Below, one piece after another: positions 1-9,680 of a stretch of 21,480 nucleotides of DNA (its first letter is position 1; each line of letters begins with the position of its first letter). Source of the DNA: Candidatus Bathyarchaeota archaeon (GTDB taxonomy: Archaea > Thermoproteota > Bathyarchaeia > TCS64); assembly GCA_043826455.1 (NCBI GenBank), contig JBDRQD010000040.1:1-21480 (forward strand), written 5' to 3'. The position numbers and the translations under genes were made by a program. The notes below the pieces were generated by a model, which was not told where the DNA came from, did no database searches, and worked only from the letters and a program-made list of their open reading frames with translations.

Positions 1-70
1 GTTTAATGATGTTAGTTTTTTAAAGAAAAATGGCAGTTAAAAATGTTAAGAGGAAAACGAGCCAGCCTGT

Positions 71-1864
71 CTAGCTGTTCCTCTTAAGCACAGTACCCGA
101 GGACGCCCCAGTGTGCTTACCCTTCGTGATCACCGGTACGCCATTAACCAGCACATGCTCGATGCCTGACGGCTTCTTCCTGGGCTCCAAGGGCGTGCCG
201 TTGACCTTCAGCTTCTTCAGGTCCAGAAGCACTATGTCCGCATAGGAACCCGGGTTTATCACGCCTCGGCCCTTGAGCCCATACCTGATGGCGGGCTGCG
301 TTGAGGTCTTGAAGACGGCCTGCTCTATGGTGAAGGTCTTGTCTCGTAGCACGAACTTCTCGATGAAGGACGGGAATGCGGAGTAGAAGTTTATCATGGG
401 CAGCATGTATGTGGGTGTCACGGGCACGTGCTTGTAGTCGTTCACGCCTGTGTCGATGCCCAGGGCCGCCGATGGGTGCATCCAGAAGACCTTGTGGTAG
501 GCCGCGTCCAGGTCTGGCTTGCCCCCGGGGTAAGTGAAGCTGAGGCCGCTGAGGGCGTCAGGGTCCTCCACGATGAGGTCGAACCAGACGTCGAAGGCGT
601 CCTTGCCCCTCTCCTCAGCGATCTGGGCCAGGGTCTTATCCAGAGTCTCCGGGTGCCTGTGCCTGAAGATGACCGTGTTGTGGGCCCACCTGGGGTTGGT
701 GTTGGGGCTCTCCCTGGTGTACCACTTCCCGGACCTGATGGCCTCCTTGATCTCCTTGCGGTAGTCCTCCACCTTGAGCCACTTGGCGAACTCCGCCCGG
801 CTGCCCTTCTCCCTCACCCAGGGCTCGAAGCTTCCGCAGAGCCAGGCGGCGCCACCGTATATGGAGGTCATGCAGCTAGGCAGGATGTCGAAGCTGATGT
901 CCATTCCCTCCTTGACGGCGGCGTCTATTACGTCCAGGGTTGCTTTCCTGTTGGCCTCCTCCAAGATGTCTGGGCAGTTATCCGGGTTGATGTACCAACC
1001 TGTGAAAAGGTGGGCTATGTTCATCTTCACGCCGGATGCCCGGCACAGGTCGATGACCTCGTTTATAGCATCGATCTTGTCTGGGGGCCTGTGGCCGGCC
1101 GCGACGTTCCGTCTCCTCCCGGTCCTCCTAGAATGGGGGACGAAGATGGCGCCGTACTCGGCGGCTATCTTGCAGTGCTCCACGAGCTCCTCCTTGTCCG
1201 CGAAGGTGTCAGGGTCGTAGTCTAGGCCCACGGAGAGGCCGATGCAGCCTTCCTCCAGGGACTGCCTTATGAGTTCGCTCATCTGGTCCCGCTCGGCCGG
1301 GGTGGAGGGGCGCTCGAAGTCGTCCTCCATCACGGTTCGCCTCACGGTTACGTGGCCGACGAGGGTGACTATGTTCATGGATATCCTCTTCTTCTCGACC
1401 ACATTGAACCAGTCGTCTATGCTGCGCCAGTCCACGGTCCACCCGAACTTCTTCTCCATGAGCTGGTTCACACGCTCCCTGGGGAACACGGTGCGCGACG
1501 GGTAGTACTTGTAGGGCTCAAGCTCCATGAGGTACTCCTGGGCTATGCCTGGGAGGGTAATGTTGTCTCCGATGGGGGCTGGGCTCATCCCGCACTGTCC
1601 CGTCACCATGGTGGTGACACCTTGGAACAGGTAGCTCTCACACTTGGGGAAGAAGAGCACGGTCATGTCACCGTGGCTGTGGGAGTCGATGAAGCCTGGG
1701 ATAGCCGTCAAGCCCTTGGCGTCAATCACCTTGGCCGCGTCGCCCACCACGTCGCCGACTGCCACAACCTTGTCGCCTTTTATCCCGATGCCGGCCTTGT
1801 ATGGGGGCCTACCGGAGCCGTCTACGACTGATGCATTCTTGATTAAGACACTGAGTTCGTCCAA
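71..1864 (-). CDS. N-acyl-D-amino-acid deacylase (D-aminoacylase) family amidohydrolase
   Basis: N-terminal IKNASVVDGSG...IGIKGDKV...PGFIDSHSH (HxH metal motif), GQCG (Cys ligand), PHSR, IAHL, GIDT and C-terminal GxxxPGSYADIV...VLVNG. Probable TTG start at 1864 (LDELSVLIKNA); the extension to 1951 looks non-coding. Confidence 0.9.
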   Translation of the reverse strand: MDELSVLIKNASVVDGSGRPPYKAGIGIKGDKVVAVGDVVGDAAKVIDAKGLTAIPGFIDSHSHGDMTVLFFPKCESYLFQGVTTMVTGQCGMSPAPIGDNITLPGIAQEYLMELEPYKYYPSRTVFPRERVNQLMEKKFGWTVDWRSIDDWFNVVEKKRISMNIVTLVGHVTVRRTVMEDDFERPSTPAERDQMSELIRQSLEEGCIGLSVGLDYDPDTFADKEELVEHCKIAAEYGAIFVPHSRRTGRRRNVAAGHRPPDKIDAINEVIDLCRASGVKMNIAHLFTGWYINPDNCPDILEEANRKATLDVIDAAVKEGMDISFDILPSCMTSIYGGAAWLCGSFEPWVREKGSRAEFAKWLKVEDYRKEIKEAIRSGKWYTRESPNTNPRWAHNTVIFRHRHPETLDKTLAQIAEERGKDAFDVWFDLIVEDPDALSGLSFTYPGGKPDLDAAYHKVFWMHPSAALGIDTGVNDYKHVPVTPTYMLPMINFYSAFPSFIEKFVLRDKTFTIEQAVFKTSTQPAIRYGLKGRGVINPGSYADIVLLDLKKLKVNGTPLEPRKKPSGIEHVLVNGVPVITKGKHTGASSGTVLKRNS

Positions 1865-1959
1865 ACTTTGATCATCTGCATACAGGATACCCGAATGCTG
1901 AAAAAACTTATGAGGTCTATCCTCCGGGCGGCTGAGGCGGGAAGGATTCAAGAATTGTT

Positions 1960-2991
1960 TTAACTCATTTTCAGTTGCCTGTAGCTGCCTTCACACGGGT
2001 TACCTGAGATCGCCTGAAGGGTCCTGTCGGTGAGGTTCATGATGACCGAGCCCACCGTGGAGACCTCCTCGTTTACAGACGGCTTCACGTGCTTACAGAT
2101 GGACCGCGGGTAATTGGCGTGGTCGGACAGCGCCTTCTTTACGCTTTCAACTGTGATCTCTCCCCTGTCACGGTAGAGCAGCTTCCTCAGCCGGTTCAGC
2201 CTGATGCGGCTGTTCAGGAGGTCAGCCCAGGCGTCCAGATGTTGTAACTCGGCGGCCGTGAAGTGGTTTGTGTGAGCCATCACACCGTCCTCGGCGTAAA
2301 GTAGACTGTGCTTAGTAGCCGAGACCTCCACATCGTAAACCTCTCCCTCGAGGCTGGCCAACACATGGTTGTTACCGTTGGCCCTCTCAGGCTTGATGCA
2401 CCGCCTTATGGCGTCCTCAAGGAACTCGGACCGCATGATCTCTCGGTAGGCCACCAGCTTGGGGACGCCGGGCCTGAGGTCGTTGGAGTATAGGGCGTTC
2501 CCCACAGAGCCTATGCCGCGGTCGTTGAAGCCTTGGTGCAGGACCATGCCCGCGTAGGCGAAGGCCAGGAAGGCGGGCTCCTCGTCGGGTGCGCCGTCCA
2601 CCACGTAGCAGTGGTCCGCGTAGAAGGGTGAGTTGTCCTCGTTGTGGCCCAGGATGACTGAGCCGTCGGCCGTCGCGTCACCGTTCATGGCGAGGCTGGA
2701 GCAGCCCTGGCTGTAGGTGAGCTCCTGAGTCGCGTTGAGGCCGAAGAGGGAGGTAAATATGACCCCGGCCCCCTCCGCCATGCCCCTCATCTCCTCCAGG
2801 GTCCGCGGAGCCACCCTCTCGGTGCAAGCAATGTAGGGCTCAACCTTGTCCTTTAACCCCTTGTCGCCGAGATGGCCGGCGATTCGTTCGTCGAACCGCT
2901 CCGCTGCAATCCGCAGATGCCTGGACAGCTGTGAGCCGATGGCGTGACCCATGTCCCAGGGGGTTCCTGAAGCTTTAACCACAGATATCAT
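1960..2991 (-). CDS. C45 family autoproteolytic Ntn-hydrolase (acyl-CoA:6-APA acyltransferase-like peptidase)
   Basis: LEEMRGMAEGAG, autocleavage G-C (SQGCSS), ILGHNED, GFNDRGI, HTNHF and SRIRLNR motifs typical of C45. Confidence 0.88.
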   Translation of the reverse strand: MISVVKASGTPWDMGHAIGSQLSRHLRIAAERFDERIAGHLGDKGLKDKVEPYIACTERVAPRTLEEMRGMAEGAGVIFTSLFGLNATQELTYSQGCSSLAMNGDATADGSVILGHNEDNSPFYADHCYVVDGAPDEEPAFLAFAYAGMVLHQGFNDRGIGSVGNALYSNDLRPGVPKLVAYREIMRSEFLEDAIRRCIKPERANGNNHVLASLEGEVYDVEVSATKHSLLYAEDGVMAHTNHFTAAELQHLDAWADLLNSRIRLNRLRKLLYRDRGEITVESVKKALSDHANYPRSICKHVKPSVNEEVSTVGSVIMNLTDRTLQAISGNPCEGSYRQLKMS

Positions 2992-3095
2992 GATAATAAT
3001 TTTATTTTAATATAATATAAACAATTTTTAGTTTTAATAGTTCAAAATTTACGTGAATAGTCTTTATTAACGCAGTCTCCCTAATCTTGTTACCC
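2992..3095. promoter_or_regulatory. Divergent archaeal promoter region (leaderless) for the C45 gene and tldD
   Basis: AT-rich spacer; TTTATTAA at 3063-3070 lies ~25 nt before ATG 3096, and minus-strand TTTATA near 3015-3020 lies ~25 nt before ATG 2991. Confidence 0.6.
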
Positions 3096-4541
3096 ATGAA
3101 TAAACAATTAGCTGAGACGGGACTAGAATACGCAGCTAAGTTAGGCGCAAGCTACGCAGACATCAGATTCGTTGACATCGAGCAGAGGCTCGTGGCCACC
3201 AAGAACTCCATGCCCGACAACATCACCCACACGTCCGAGTCAGGAGTCGGCGTTCGACTGATCGTTGACAAGGGCTGGGGGTTCGCAGGATCATACAAGA
3301 CCAGTGAGAAGGACCTCAAGGTCACCATAGAGAAGGCTGTGAAGCTGGCCAAGGCGAGCTCAACCATCGCCAAGGAGCCGATAAAGCTCGCCCCCACCAA
3401 GATCGTGGAGGACACCTTCTCGTCCAACTACAAGATAGATCCCATGAAGGTCGAGCTCGAGGATCTCCTCGAGCTCCTAGTCTCTGCTGACAAGGCTTAC
3501 AGGGAGGTGAGCCCCCACGTGAGGACCACCTCCAACTCCTTGATAGCAAAGAGGGAGGACAAGTACCTGGCCACCAGCGAGGGCTCCCGGATAACGCAGA
3601 GGATCGTCTTCTGCGGGGCCGACGGCGAGGGTTACGTGATGGACCAGGGCCTAATCCAGAGACGAGGCTACTCCATTAACCCCCTCACCAAGGGGTACGA
3701 ATACATCAAGGCCCACGACCTGGACGAGATGGCCATGAACGCCGGGAAAGAGGCGGAGCTGCTGCTGAAGGCAGAGCCCTGCCCGACGGAGATACACTCT
3801 AACCTTATCCTGGATGACCCCCACATGTACCTGCAGATACATGAGACCATAGGCCACGCCTCGGAGCTTGACAGGGTGCTCGGCACCGAGGTCGACTTGG
3901 CTGGGATGAGCTTCCTCACCCCCGACAAGCTGGGCAAGTTCCAGTACGGCTCCGAGCAGGTGAACTTCATAGCAGACTCCACCATACCCGACGGGCTCGC
4001 AACCTACGGCTACGACGACGAGGGAGTCCCCTCCAAGAAGCAGTACCTGGTTAAGGACGGAGTTTTCGTGGGGTACCAGTCCTCACGTGAGACAGCCGCC
4101 CAGCTGGGGCTGGAGGAGAGCAGCGCAGCTATGAGGGCCGCCAAGCCCATCGACCTGCCCATCGTCAGGATGAACAACATCTGCCTCGAGCCCGGTGACT
4201 GGAAGGCCCAGGAGATCATAGAGGACACCAAGGACGGCGTCCTCATGAGGACCACCACCATGTGGTCGGTGGACCAGATGAGGCTCAACTTCCAGTTCGG
4301 GTGCGAGATCGGCTGGATCATCAAGAACGGTGAGATGTCCAAAGTGATACGCGACCCCACCTACACGGGAATAAGCTACGAGTTCTGGAGGAGCCTGGAC
4401 GCCACGGCAGGCGACGACTGGAAGCTGTACGGCACCACCGGCTGCGGAAAAGGCAGACCCGGCCAGTCCATGTACGTCGGCCACGGAGCCGCCACCACCA
4501 GGATCAACAACGTGAGGATCGGCATCACAGGGAGGATGTAG
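3096..4541 (+). CDS. tldD: TldD metalloprotease subunit
   Basis: GASYADIR, GVGVR...WGF, HETIGH (HExxxH) zinc motif, YDDEGV, VRMNN, C-terminal GCGKG. ATG at 3096 preferred over TTG at 3087. Confidence 0.93.
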   Translation: MNKQLAETGLEYAAKLGASYADIRFVDIEQRLVATKNSMPDNITHTSESGVGVRLIVDKGWGFAGSYKTSEKDLKVTIEKAVKLAKASSTIAKEPIKLAPTKIVEDTFSSNYKIDPMKVELEDLLELLVSADKAYREVSPHVRTTSNSLIAKREDKYLATSEGSRITQRIVFCGADGEGYVMDQGLIQRRGYSINPLTKGYEYIKAHDLDEMAMNAGKEAELLLKAEPCPTEIHSNLILDDPHMYLQIHETIGHASELDRVLGTEVDLAGMSFLTPDKLGKFQYGSEQVNFIADSTIPDGLATYGYDDEGVPSKKQYLVKDGVFVGYQSSRETAAQLGLEESSAAMRAAKPIDLPIVRMNNICLEPGDWKAQEIIEDTKDGVLMRTTTMWSVDQMRLNFQFGCEIGWIIKNGEMSKVIRDPTYTGISYEFWRSLDATAGDDWKLYGTTGCGKGRPGQSMYVGHGAATTRINNVRIGITGRM

Positions 4542-4543
4542 AT

Positions 4544-5914
4544 ATGAGTCTAAACAACATAGCTGAGAGGACAGTACAGAAGGCCCTGAAGATGGGGGCG
4601 AACCAGGCCGAGATATCCGTGTTCACTGCCGACAGCGCCCTGACTAGGTACACCAAGAACATCATTCACCAGAATGTTACCTCGGAGATCTACTACACCA
4701 ACGTTGAGGTGGTCGTTGGCAAGAACAAGAGAGGCTCATCGGCCATCAACAGCATCGACGAGAAGGAGATCGATAAGGCGGTCCAGAGGGCCATAGGTAT
4801 AGCCAAGGTCTCGACGCCCGACACGGACTTCCAGTCCTTCGTGGAACCCAAGACCATACAGCCCCTGGACAAGATCTACCGCAAGACTACGGCCGAGTTC
4901 ACCCCCGAGCAGAGAGTTGAGGGAGTGAAGACCATCATTGACGCCGCCATGGACTACAGCAGGTTCGTCCAGTGGTCGGCTGGCAGCTTCACTACGGAGC
5001 AGGTGAGCTTCGCCCTAGCCAACTCCCTGGGAGTAGACGCGGAGACCAAGTACACTCACGCCACCGTGGAGGTGACGACCCTCGCGGACAGGGACGGCGA
5101 GGGAACCGGTTTCGCCGTACGTAACAGCCACGACGTGAAGGACTTCAAGCTAGAGGAGATGGCGCGCTCGGCTGCGAAGGACGCCGCCGACAGCGTCAAC
5201 CCCAAGACCCTTCCCATAGGCGACTACGAGGCCGTGTTCCCGCCGGAGGCCGTGAGTACCTTCACGGGCTTCATAGGGATGCTCGGGTTCTCCGCCAAGT
5301 CCTACCAGGATGGGTACAGCTTCATACTGGACAAGATTGGCAGCCAGGTCTTCGATGAGAAGCTCACCATAGTGGACGACGGCAGGTCACTGAACACCTA
5401 CAACGCGCTGCCCTTTGACGGAGAGGGCACTCCTAAGAAGAGGCTGAGTCTGCTGAAGAAGGGCGTACCCGAGAACCTTTGCTACGACAACTACACGGCT
5501 AAAAAGGATGGCGCCGAGAGCACCGGCCATGCACTGCCCAAGTTCGTCCGAGGCTTCTACTACAGGGGCTTCCCGCTGCCCGTCAACCAGGTGGTGGCTC
5601 CAGGCAACACCTCGCTGGACGAGATGATCGAGGACACCAAGAAGGGCGTATACATCACCAGGCTGCACTACGTGAACCCCATCAGGAGAGACAAGGCGGT
5701 GATAAGCGGCCTAACCAGGGACGCCTGCTGGTACATCGAGAACGGTGAGATCAAGTACCCCATCAAGGTCATGAGGTTCACCGACGCCATACCCAGAGTC
5801 TTCGGAATGATCGACGCCGTGGGAGACAAGACAACAGTGTCCAAGAACTACAACGTGACGACGCCGGCCATAAAGGTGGCCAAGTTCAAATTCACTGGAC
5901 AGTCCGAGTTCTAA
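4544..5914 (+). CDS. tldE: TldE/PmbA family partner subunit
   Basis: Starts 2 nt after the tldD stop; ANSLG, PFDGEG, STGHA, ENGEI and TPAI motifs; lacks HExxxH as expected for the non-catalytic subunit. Confidence 0.9.
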   Translation: MSLNNIAERTVQKALKMGANQAEISVFTADSALTRYTKNIIHQNVTSEIYYTNVEVVVGKNKRGSSAINSIDEKEIDKAVQRAIGIAKVSTPDTDFQSFVEPKTIQPLDKIYRKTTAEFTPEQRVEGVKTIIDAAMDYSRFVQWSAGSFTTEQVSFALANSLGVDAETKYTHATVEVTTLADRDGEGTGFAVRNSHDVKDFKLEEMARSAAKDAADSVNPKTLPIGDYEAVFPPEAVSTFTGFIGMLGFSAKSYQDGYSFILDKIGSQVFDEKLTIVDDGRSLNTYNALPFDGEGTPKKRLSLLKKGVPENLCYDNYTAKKDGAESTGHALPKFVRGFYYRGFPLPVNQVVAPGNTSLDEMIEDTKKGVYITRLHYVNPIRRDKAVISGLTRDACWYIENGEIKYPIKVMRFTDAIPRVFGMIDAVGDKTTVSKNYNVTTPAIKVAKFKFTGQSEF

Positions 5915-5924
5915 GACCAATACC

Positions 5925-6176
5925 CTATTTTTCTTTCTCCTTTTTCTCAGCCCCATAGTCCCTGTAGCCCTTCAGTGCGACTATGACGCCGAAAACGACG
6001 ACGACGACGTAAGGGCCTATGGCCAGCACCTTCTCCGTCTCCACGGGGTTGACGTAGGAGGAGTACGCCGCGTAGAGGCCGTACCCTGCGAGGAGGATGC
6101 CCCAGAATATGAAAGTCAAGGGGTCCACACCCTTCTTACTCTGTACTTGTTCTTTGCCCGAGTCCACGTCTTCCAA
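5925..6176 (-). CDS. Small two-TM membrane protein, hypothetical
   Basis: Two hydrophobic segments and a Lys/Glu-rich tail; fills the gap between convergent tldE and the divergent next gene. Confidence 0.7.
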   Translation of the reverse strand: MEDVDSGKEQVQSKKGVDPLTFIFWGILLAGYGLYAAYSSYVNPVETEKVLAIGPYVVVVVFGVIVALKGYRDYGAEKKEKEK

Positions 6177-6244
6177 GCCGATCCAGACTACTCATGTCGA
6201 GATGTTATATAATCATTCATGTACAGCGAAACATTATATTCATC

Positions 6245-6631
6245 ATGGAGCTAGGAGAAGGAGGTAAAGGCACTTTGGACGAGCAAGAGCGCAGATGGGA
6301 GCACTGGGAGGACCTGCCCGAGGACATGGAGAAGAAGACGCTGGAGAGCATGGCCAGGTTCTTCGTGGGCAACAACCTCGGGCTCTTGGCGCAGATTCTG
6401 CTGGAGAGTGGTGAGCAGCTGACAAAAGTCTTCGCCACCCTAGGCATGGGCATATTCGGGCCTTACCTCGAGTTCCTCGGCGCCGACACCTACATGTCCT
6501 ACTTCAGGAAAGAGGGTAACGCCAGGCTTCTATTGGACCGCATAGAGGAAATGGAGCACAAGCGGAAGAAGCAGGAAGAAGAGTCTAGAAACAAAGATAA
6601 ACAAAAGAAAGAAGAGAAAGATGGATCTTAG
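6245..6631 (+). CDS. Hypothetical protein
   Basis: Host-like codon usage. Start either ATG 6245 (TTATATAA at 6205-6212) or TTG 6275 (GGAGGT SD upstream). Stop overlaps the convergent gene by 4 nt. Confidence 0.7.
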   Translation: MELGEGGKGTLDEQERRWEHWEDLPEDMEKKTLESMARFFVGNNLGLLAQILLESGEQLTKVFATLGMGIFGPYLEFLGADTYMSYFRKEGNARLLLDRIEEMEHKRKKQEEESRNKDKQKKEEKDGS

Positions 6632-7335
6632 TCAGCGTACTTCTCTAGTATGCCGTACTTGTCCAGTATCACTACACCGGCGAAGACTATGACCAGAAAG
6701 CCTAGCGAGTAGGGCACCTTCCACGCGGGGTCAAGTATGCTCTGCATGTAGCCCGACAGGAGCCCCAGCCTACCCATGAAGGTCTGGGCGAACACAGCGC
6801 CTAACGCAATATACAGCGCGTATTCACCAGCCTTGGACGTGTACCTGAGCGGTCCCTTAAGCTCCGTGGAGTACAGGAAGAAGCTCAGCATGAGTACAAC
6901 TGAGACGGATACGGTCGTGTTTAAGATCGACTGGTACAGGTTTCCAGGTATCCAGAAGGGCACGATCGTGGCCTGAACCTGGTTGATGAACCCCGTGAAT
7001 ATTGTAGTCCTCAGCGAGATGGCTAGGTTTGTACCCAGTGATATCGCGATGGGGATCCTAGAGATGTAGCTATACTTGGGGAACAGCCTGAGGATCATGA
7101 GGAGCCCGAGCAAGATGCCTAAGGCAGGCATCCAGTTTCCTCTACCGAAGGGCTCCCAACCCGTCCTCCACACGTAGTTGGCTGTCACGACGAGATTCAG
7201 TCCCATGGTGAAGCCGATGAAGCTGGACTCAGCCCACGATCTGAAGGGGCTGGGCTTACCGTACAGCGTTGCGTACATGGACCAGCTTGCTAGTATCGCG
7301 ACCAGAGTGTATGAGAACTCGTAGAACTCTACCAT
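6628..7335 (-). CDS. Polytopic membrane protein (about 6-7 TM) of the DUF6754/GlmL-associated cluster
   Basis: Multiple hydrophobic helices; AGGTGA SD upstream; last gene of a tight four-gene operon. Confidence 0.85.
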   Translation of the reverse strand: MVEFYEFSYTLVAILASWSMYATLYGKPSPFRSWAESSFIGFTMGLNLVVTANYVWRTGWEPFGRGNWMPALGILLGLLMILRLFPKYSYISRIPIAISLGTNLAISLRTTIFTGFINQVQATIVPFWIPGNLYQSILNTTVSVSVVLMLSFFLYSTELKGPLRYTSKAGEYALYIALGAVFAQTFMGRLGLLSGYMQSILDPAWKVPYSLGFLVIVFAGVVILDKYGILEKYAD

Positions 7336-7346
7336 TCATTCATCAC

Positions 7347-8231
7347 CTATCCTACCGCCGTCCTTGTTGTCTGTTTGGCATTCTTTTCCCAGCCGAAGTA
7401 GCCGATGTTCCCCATGACTATGAAGAGTATCACGAGGTAGTGCACCAGCGTGAAGGCGTCCATCGATGTGAGTCCCGGGCCGGGTACTCCAGCTAGGTAC
7501 TCTAGCTCGGCGCAGCCTCTGGTGCTCTGCAGCATCGCCTTCAGGTGGCCGGTATCTATGTAGGGGGCTAGCGACGGGATGTTTACCCCGATGGCGCCCT
7601 CTATCATGGGTGTGCCGTAGTCCATGACCCAGTGACGGATCATGGCGGTGGTCTGCATGCCTGGGCTGAAGTCGATGATCAGTGTGAAGCTGCCCGCGTT
7701 CTGAAGGTCATCGTAGAACGTTCCAGCCAGGGGCCTGCCCTTGTAGTCGTTGGTCACGACGCTGTGCAGGTCTGCCGCCAGGGCGCTCGTGGATGCCTCG
7801 TTCACGAGGACATATCCGAGGACAACGTAGTCCCTGCCGTACTGGTAATCGTACTGCTCTAGCTCATTAGACAGGATTCCCCTGATTCCTTCTTCAGGGT
7901 CCCCGAACACGAGCCTGTAGACCGCGATGTCCTCAACCGTCCCGAAGGCGACCACCATCTTGGCCCCAGACTTGATTACCTCTCTGTAGGTGGCTATGAT
8001 GCCCGCCTTCAACTCGTTCCAGGCGCTGAATCCGGTCTCCCACGCGGCCCAGACAACATCGCTCTCGTCCAGGTCCTGCAGGTAGCTGTAGAATGTGACG
8101 GTGGGCTGAGTTACTGTGATAGGTAGTCCCAGCGGGTACAGTGTGGGTCCAAGGACGAGCAAGAAGATCAGCAGGTATATTATTCTGCGGTCCAGTGTTG
8201 CCATTGTCTTAAAGATGTTTCCTTGACTCAT
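7347..8231 (-). CDS. Membrane-anchored protein (N- and C-terminal TM, soluble middle domain), probable distant DUF6754 paralog
   Basis: LDRRIIYLLIFLLV N-terminal TM, YGRDYVVLGY, AELEYL, MDAFTLVHYLVILFIVMGNI C-terminal TM. ATG 8231 preceded by GGAGG. Confidence 0.85.
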   Translation of the reverse strand: MSQGNIFKTMATLDRRIIYLLIFLLVLGPTLYPLGLPITVTQPTVTFYSYLQDLDESDVVWAAWETGFSAWNELKAGIIATYREVIKSGAKMVVAFGTVEDIAVYRLVFGDPEEGIRGILSNELEQYDYQYGRDYVVLGYVLVNEASTSALAADLHSVVTNDYKGRPLAGTFYDDLQNAGSFTLIIDFSPGMQTTAMIRHWVMDYGTPMIEGAIGVNIPSLAPYIDTGHLKAMLQSTRGCAELEYLAGVPGPGLTSMDAFTLVHYLVILFIVMGNIGYFGWEKNAKQTTRTAVG

Positions 8232-8235
8232 CGTC

Positions 8236-8874
8236 TTAGCCTCCCTCAAACCCTATTGCAGCGGACTCCTTGCCGGTGATGATCCTTACGCCAAGCACGA
8301 CGGCGCCCATGGTCACACTCATTGTGAACACCCTTGAGGCCGCCATAGCGAAGCTGCTTGTAAGGTACGTCCCAGCGGTTCCCAAGAAGGGCGCGAACAC
8401 GCCCGTCAATGGTGCCTGTCCTAGTAGAACTATTATGCCTGAGATCAGCAGCAAAGCCGCCTGCGGGCTTCGGGCCCTGAAGGCCCTAGCACAGGCGGAT
8501 GCCATGTAGAACGCCAGGACCGAGTAGATGACGGAGCTCGTCGGGTTCAGTATGGCGTACTGGAACCACATGAACGGCTGTGAAGACTGTCCGTAGATGA
8601 ACCCTAACGCAGCCATGAGGTAGATGGTGATCACCAGGTACAGCTGGTACGGCCAGCCGTGTGTCTTCTGGCGGACGAGTAGTAGGCTCCTCCTAGTCTG
8701 AGAGTACAGTGCTAGAAGTATCGACATTGCGTTCAGTACGCTAACCATGAGGACCAGGTTGTTGGAAAACTCGTTCAAAGCTTGTATATTGAAAAAGTAT
8801 ACGCCTGTAACTATGAAGAAGCTGAGACCTATCAGCACCAGGGAAGTTTCCTTCCTTCTTAACAATGATGCCAT
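8236..8874 (-). CDS. Polytopic membrane protein (about 6 TM) of the DUF6754/GlmL-associated cluster
   Basis: Hydrophobic helices with the LAFYMASACARAFRARS motif; GAGGTGA SD upstream. Confidence 0.85.
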   Translation of the reverse strand: MASLLRRKETSLVLIGLSFFIVTGVYFFNIQALNEFSNNLVLMVSVLNAMSILLALYSQTRRSLLLVRQKTHGWPYQLYLVITIYLMAALGFIYGQSSQPFMWFQYAILNPTSSVIYSVLAFYMASACARAFRARSPQAALLLISGIIVLLGQAPLTGVFAPFLGTAGTYLTSSFAMAASRVFTMSVTMGAVVLGVRIITGKESAAIGFEGG

Positions 8875-8885
8875 TTTTTTTCACC

Positions 8886-9680
8886 TCACGTACCCAGTAT
8901 CTGTTGGATCAGGTTGCTACCCACCGCGGTGAGTACCCACCCGAGCAGTATCAGACCTATCCCGATGAACTTGTAGATGTCCTGTGTCCTGATGCTGGCG
9001 AGCTGCGCCGGCTCCTGGGACAGGTAAGCCCCAGCAGCAACCGCCTCCTCACCAATCATCACGTAGTCAGACGCACAAGCGAGAGCCGCCACGTTACCGA
9101 TGTATGTTGGCGCAGTGATGGTGATGGCGCCGACCTGGTTAGAGACCTCGGCGATCATCATAGCGTCAGCAGCCGATGACCCTGCCATGATCATGCTCCC
9201 TGGCCTGTTCGATAGAAGCATTCCAGCGAATCCTGAGCCCATGGCGAACTGTGAGCCGCTGAGGAAAGGAAGGTCGTTCTCGTTGAACATGTCGCTCTTG
9301 CCCTCAGCCTCGTAGGCGTTCTTAACGATCTCCACTGCCACGGGCCTAACGATGTAGGACCCCTCTGAGCCGCCCGTCGGAACAAGCAGCTTCGTGTTGG
9401 TTTTAGCACATAGCTTAGCCACGTGACTCAGAATTGTTAGACCAGCCACCGTCCAGTAGTCAAATCCGGAGAAGGCCCATCCATAGGAGGCCACCACAGG
9501 TTTGCCCATTTCCGTTGAGCGCCCCACGGCGTCCTCCATGGCGTCCAGGCCCGGAACTCTTCTGACGTACGGTTTCTTTCCACCTGACATCAAGTACAGC
9601 GTGATTACGAACACTAGAGCTAGTAGTACTAGTCCGGTGATTCTGCCTGATTGTATTGGCCATATTTCAATTAGAGGCAT
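8886..9680 (-). CDS. DUF6754-domain membrane protein
   Basis: Recognised motifs PYVRRVPGLDAMEDAVGRSTEMGKPV, PFLSGSQFA, DYVMIGEE..AAGAYLS, SIRTQD; AGGTGA SD upstream. Confidence 0.8.
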   Translation of the reverse strand: MPLIEIWPIQSGRITGLVLLALVFVITLYLMSGGKKPYVRRVPGLDAMEDAVGRSTEMGKPVVASYGWAFSGFDYWTVAGLTILSHVAKLCAKTNTKLLVPTGGSEGSYIVRPVAVEIVKNAYEAEGKSDMFNENDLPFLSGSQFAMGSGFAGMLLSNRPGSMIMAGSSAADAMMIAEVSNQVGAITITAPTYIGNVAALACASDYVMIGEEAVAAGAYLSQEPAQLASIRTQDIYKFIGIGLILLGWVLTAVGSNLIQQILGT

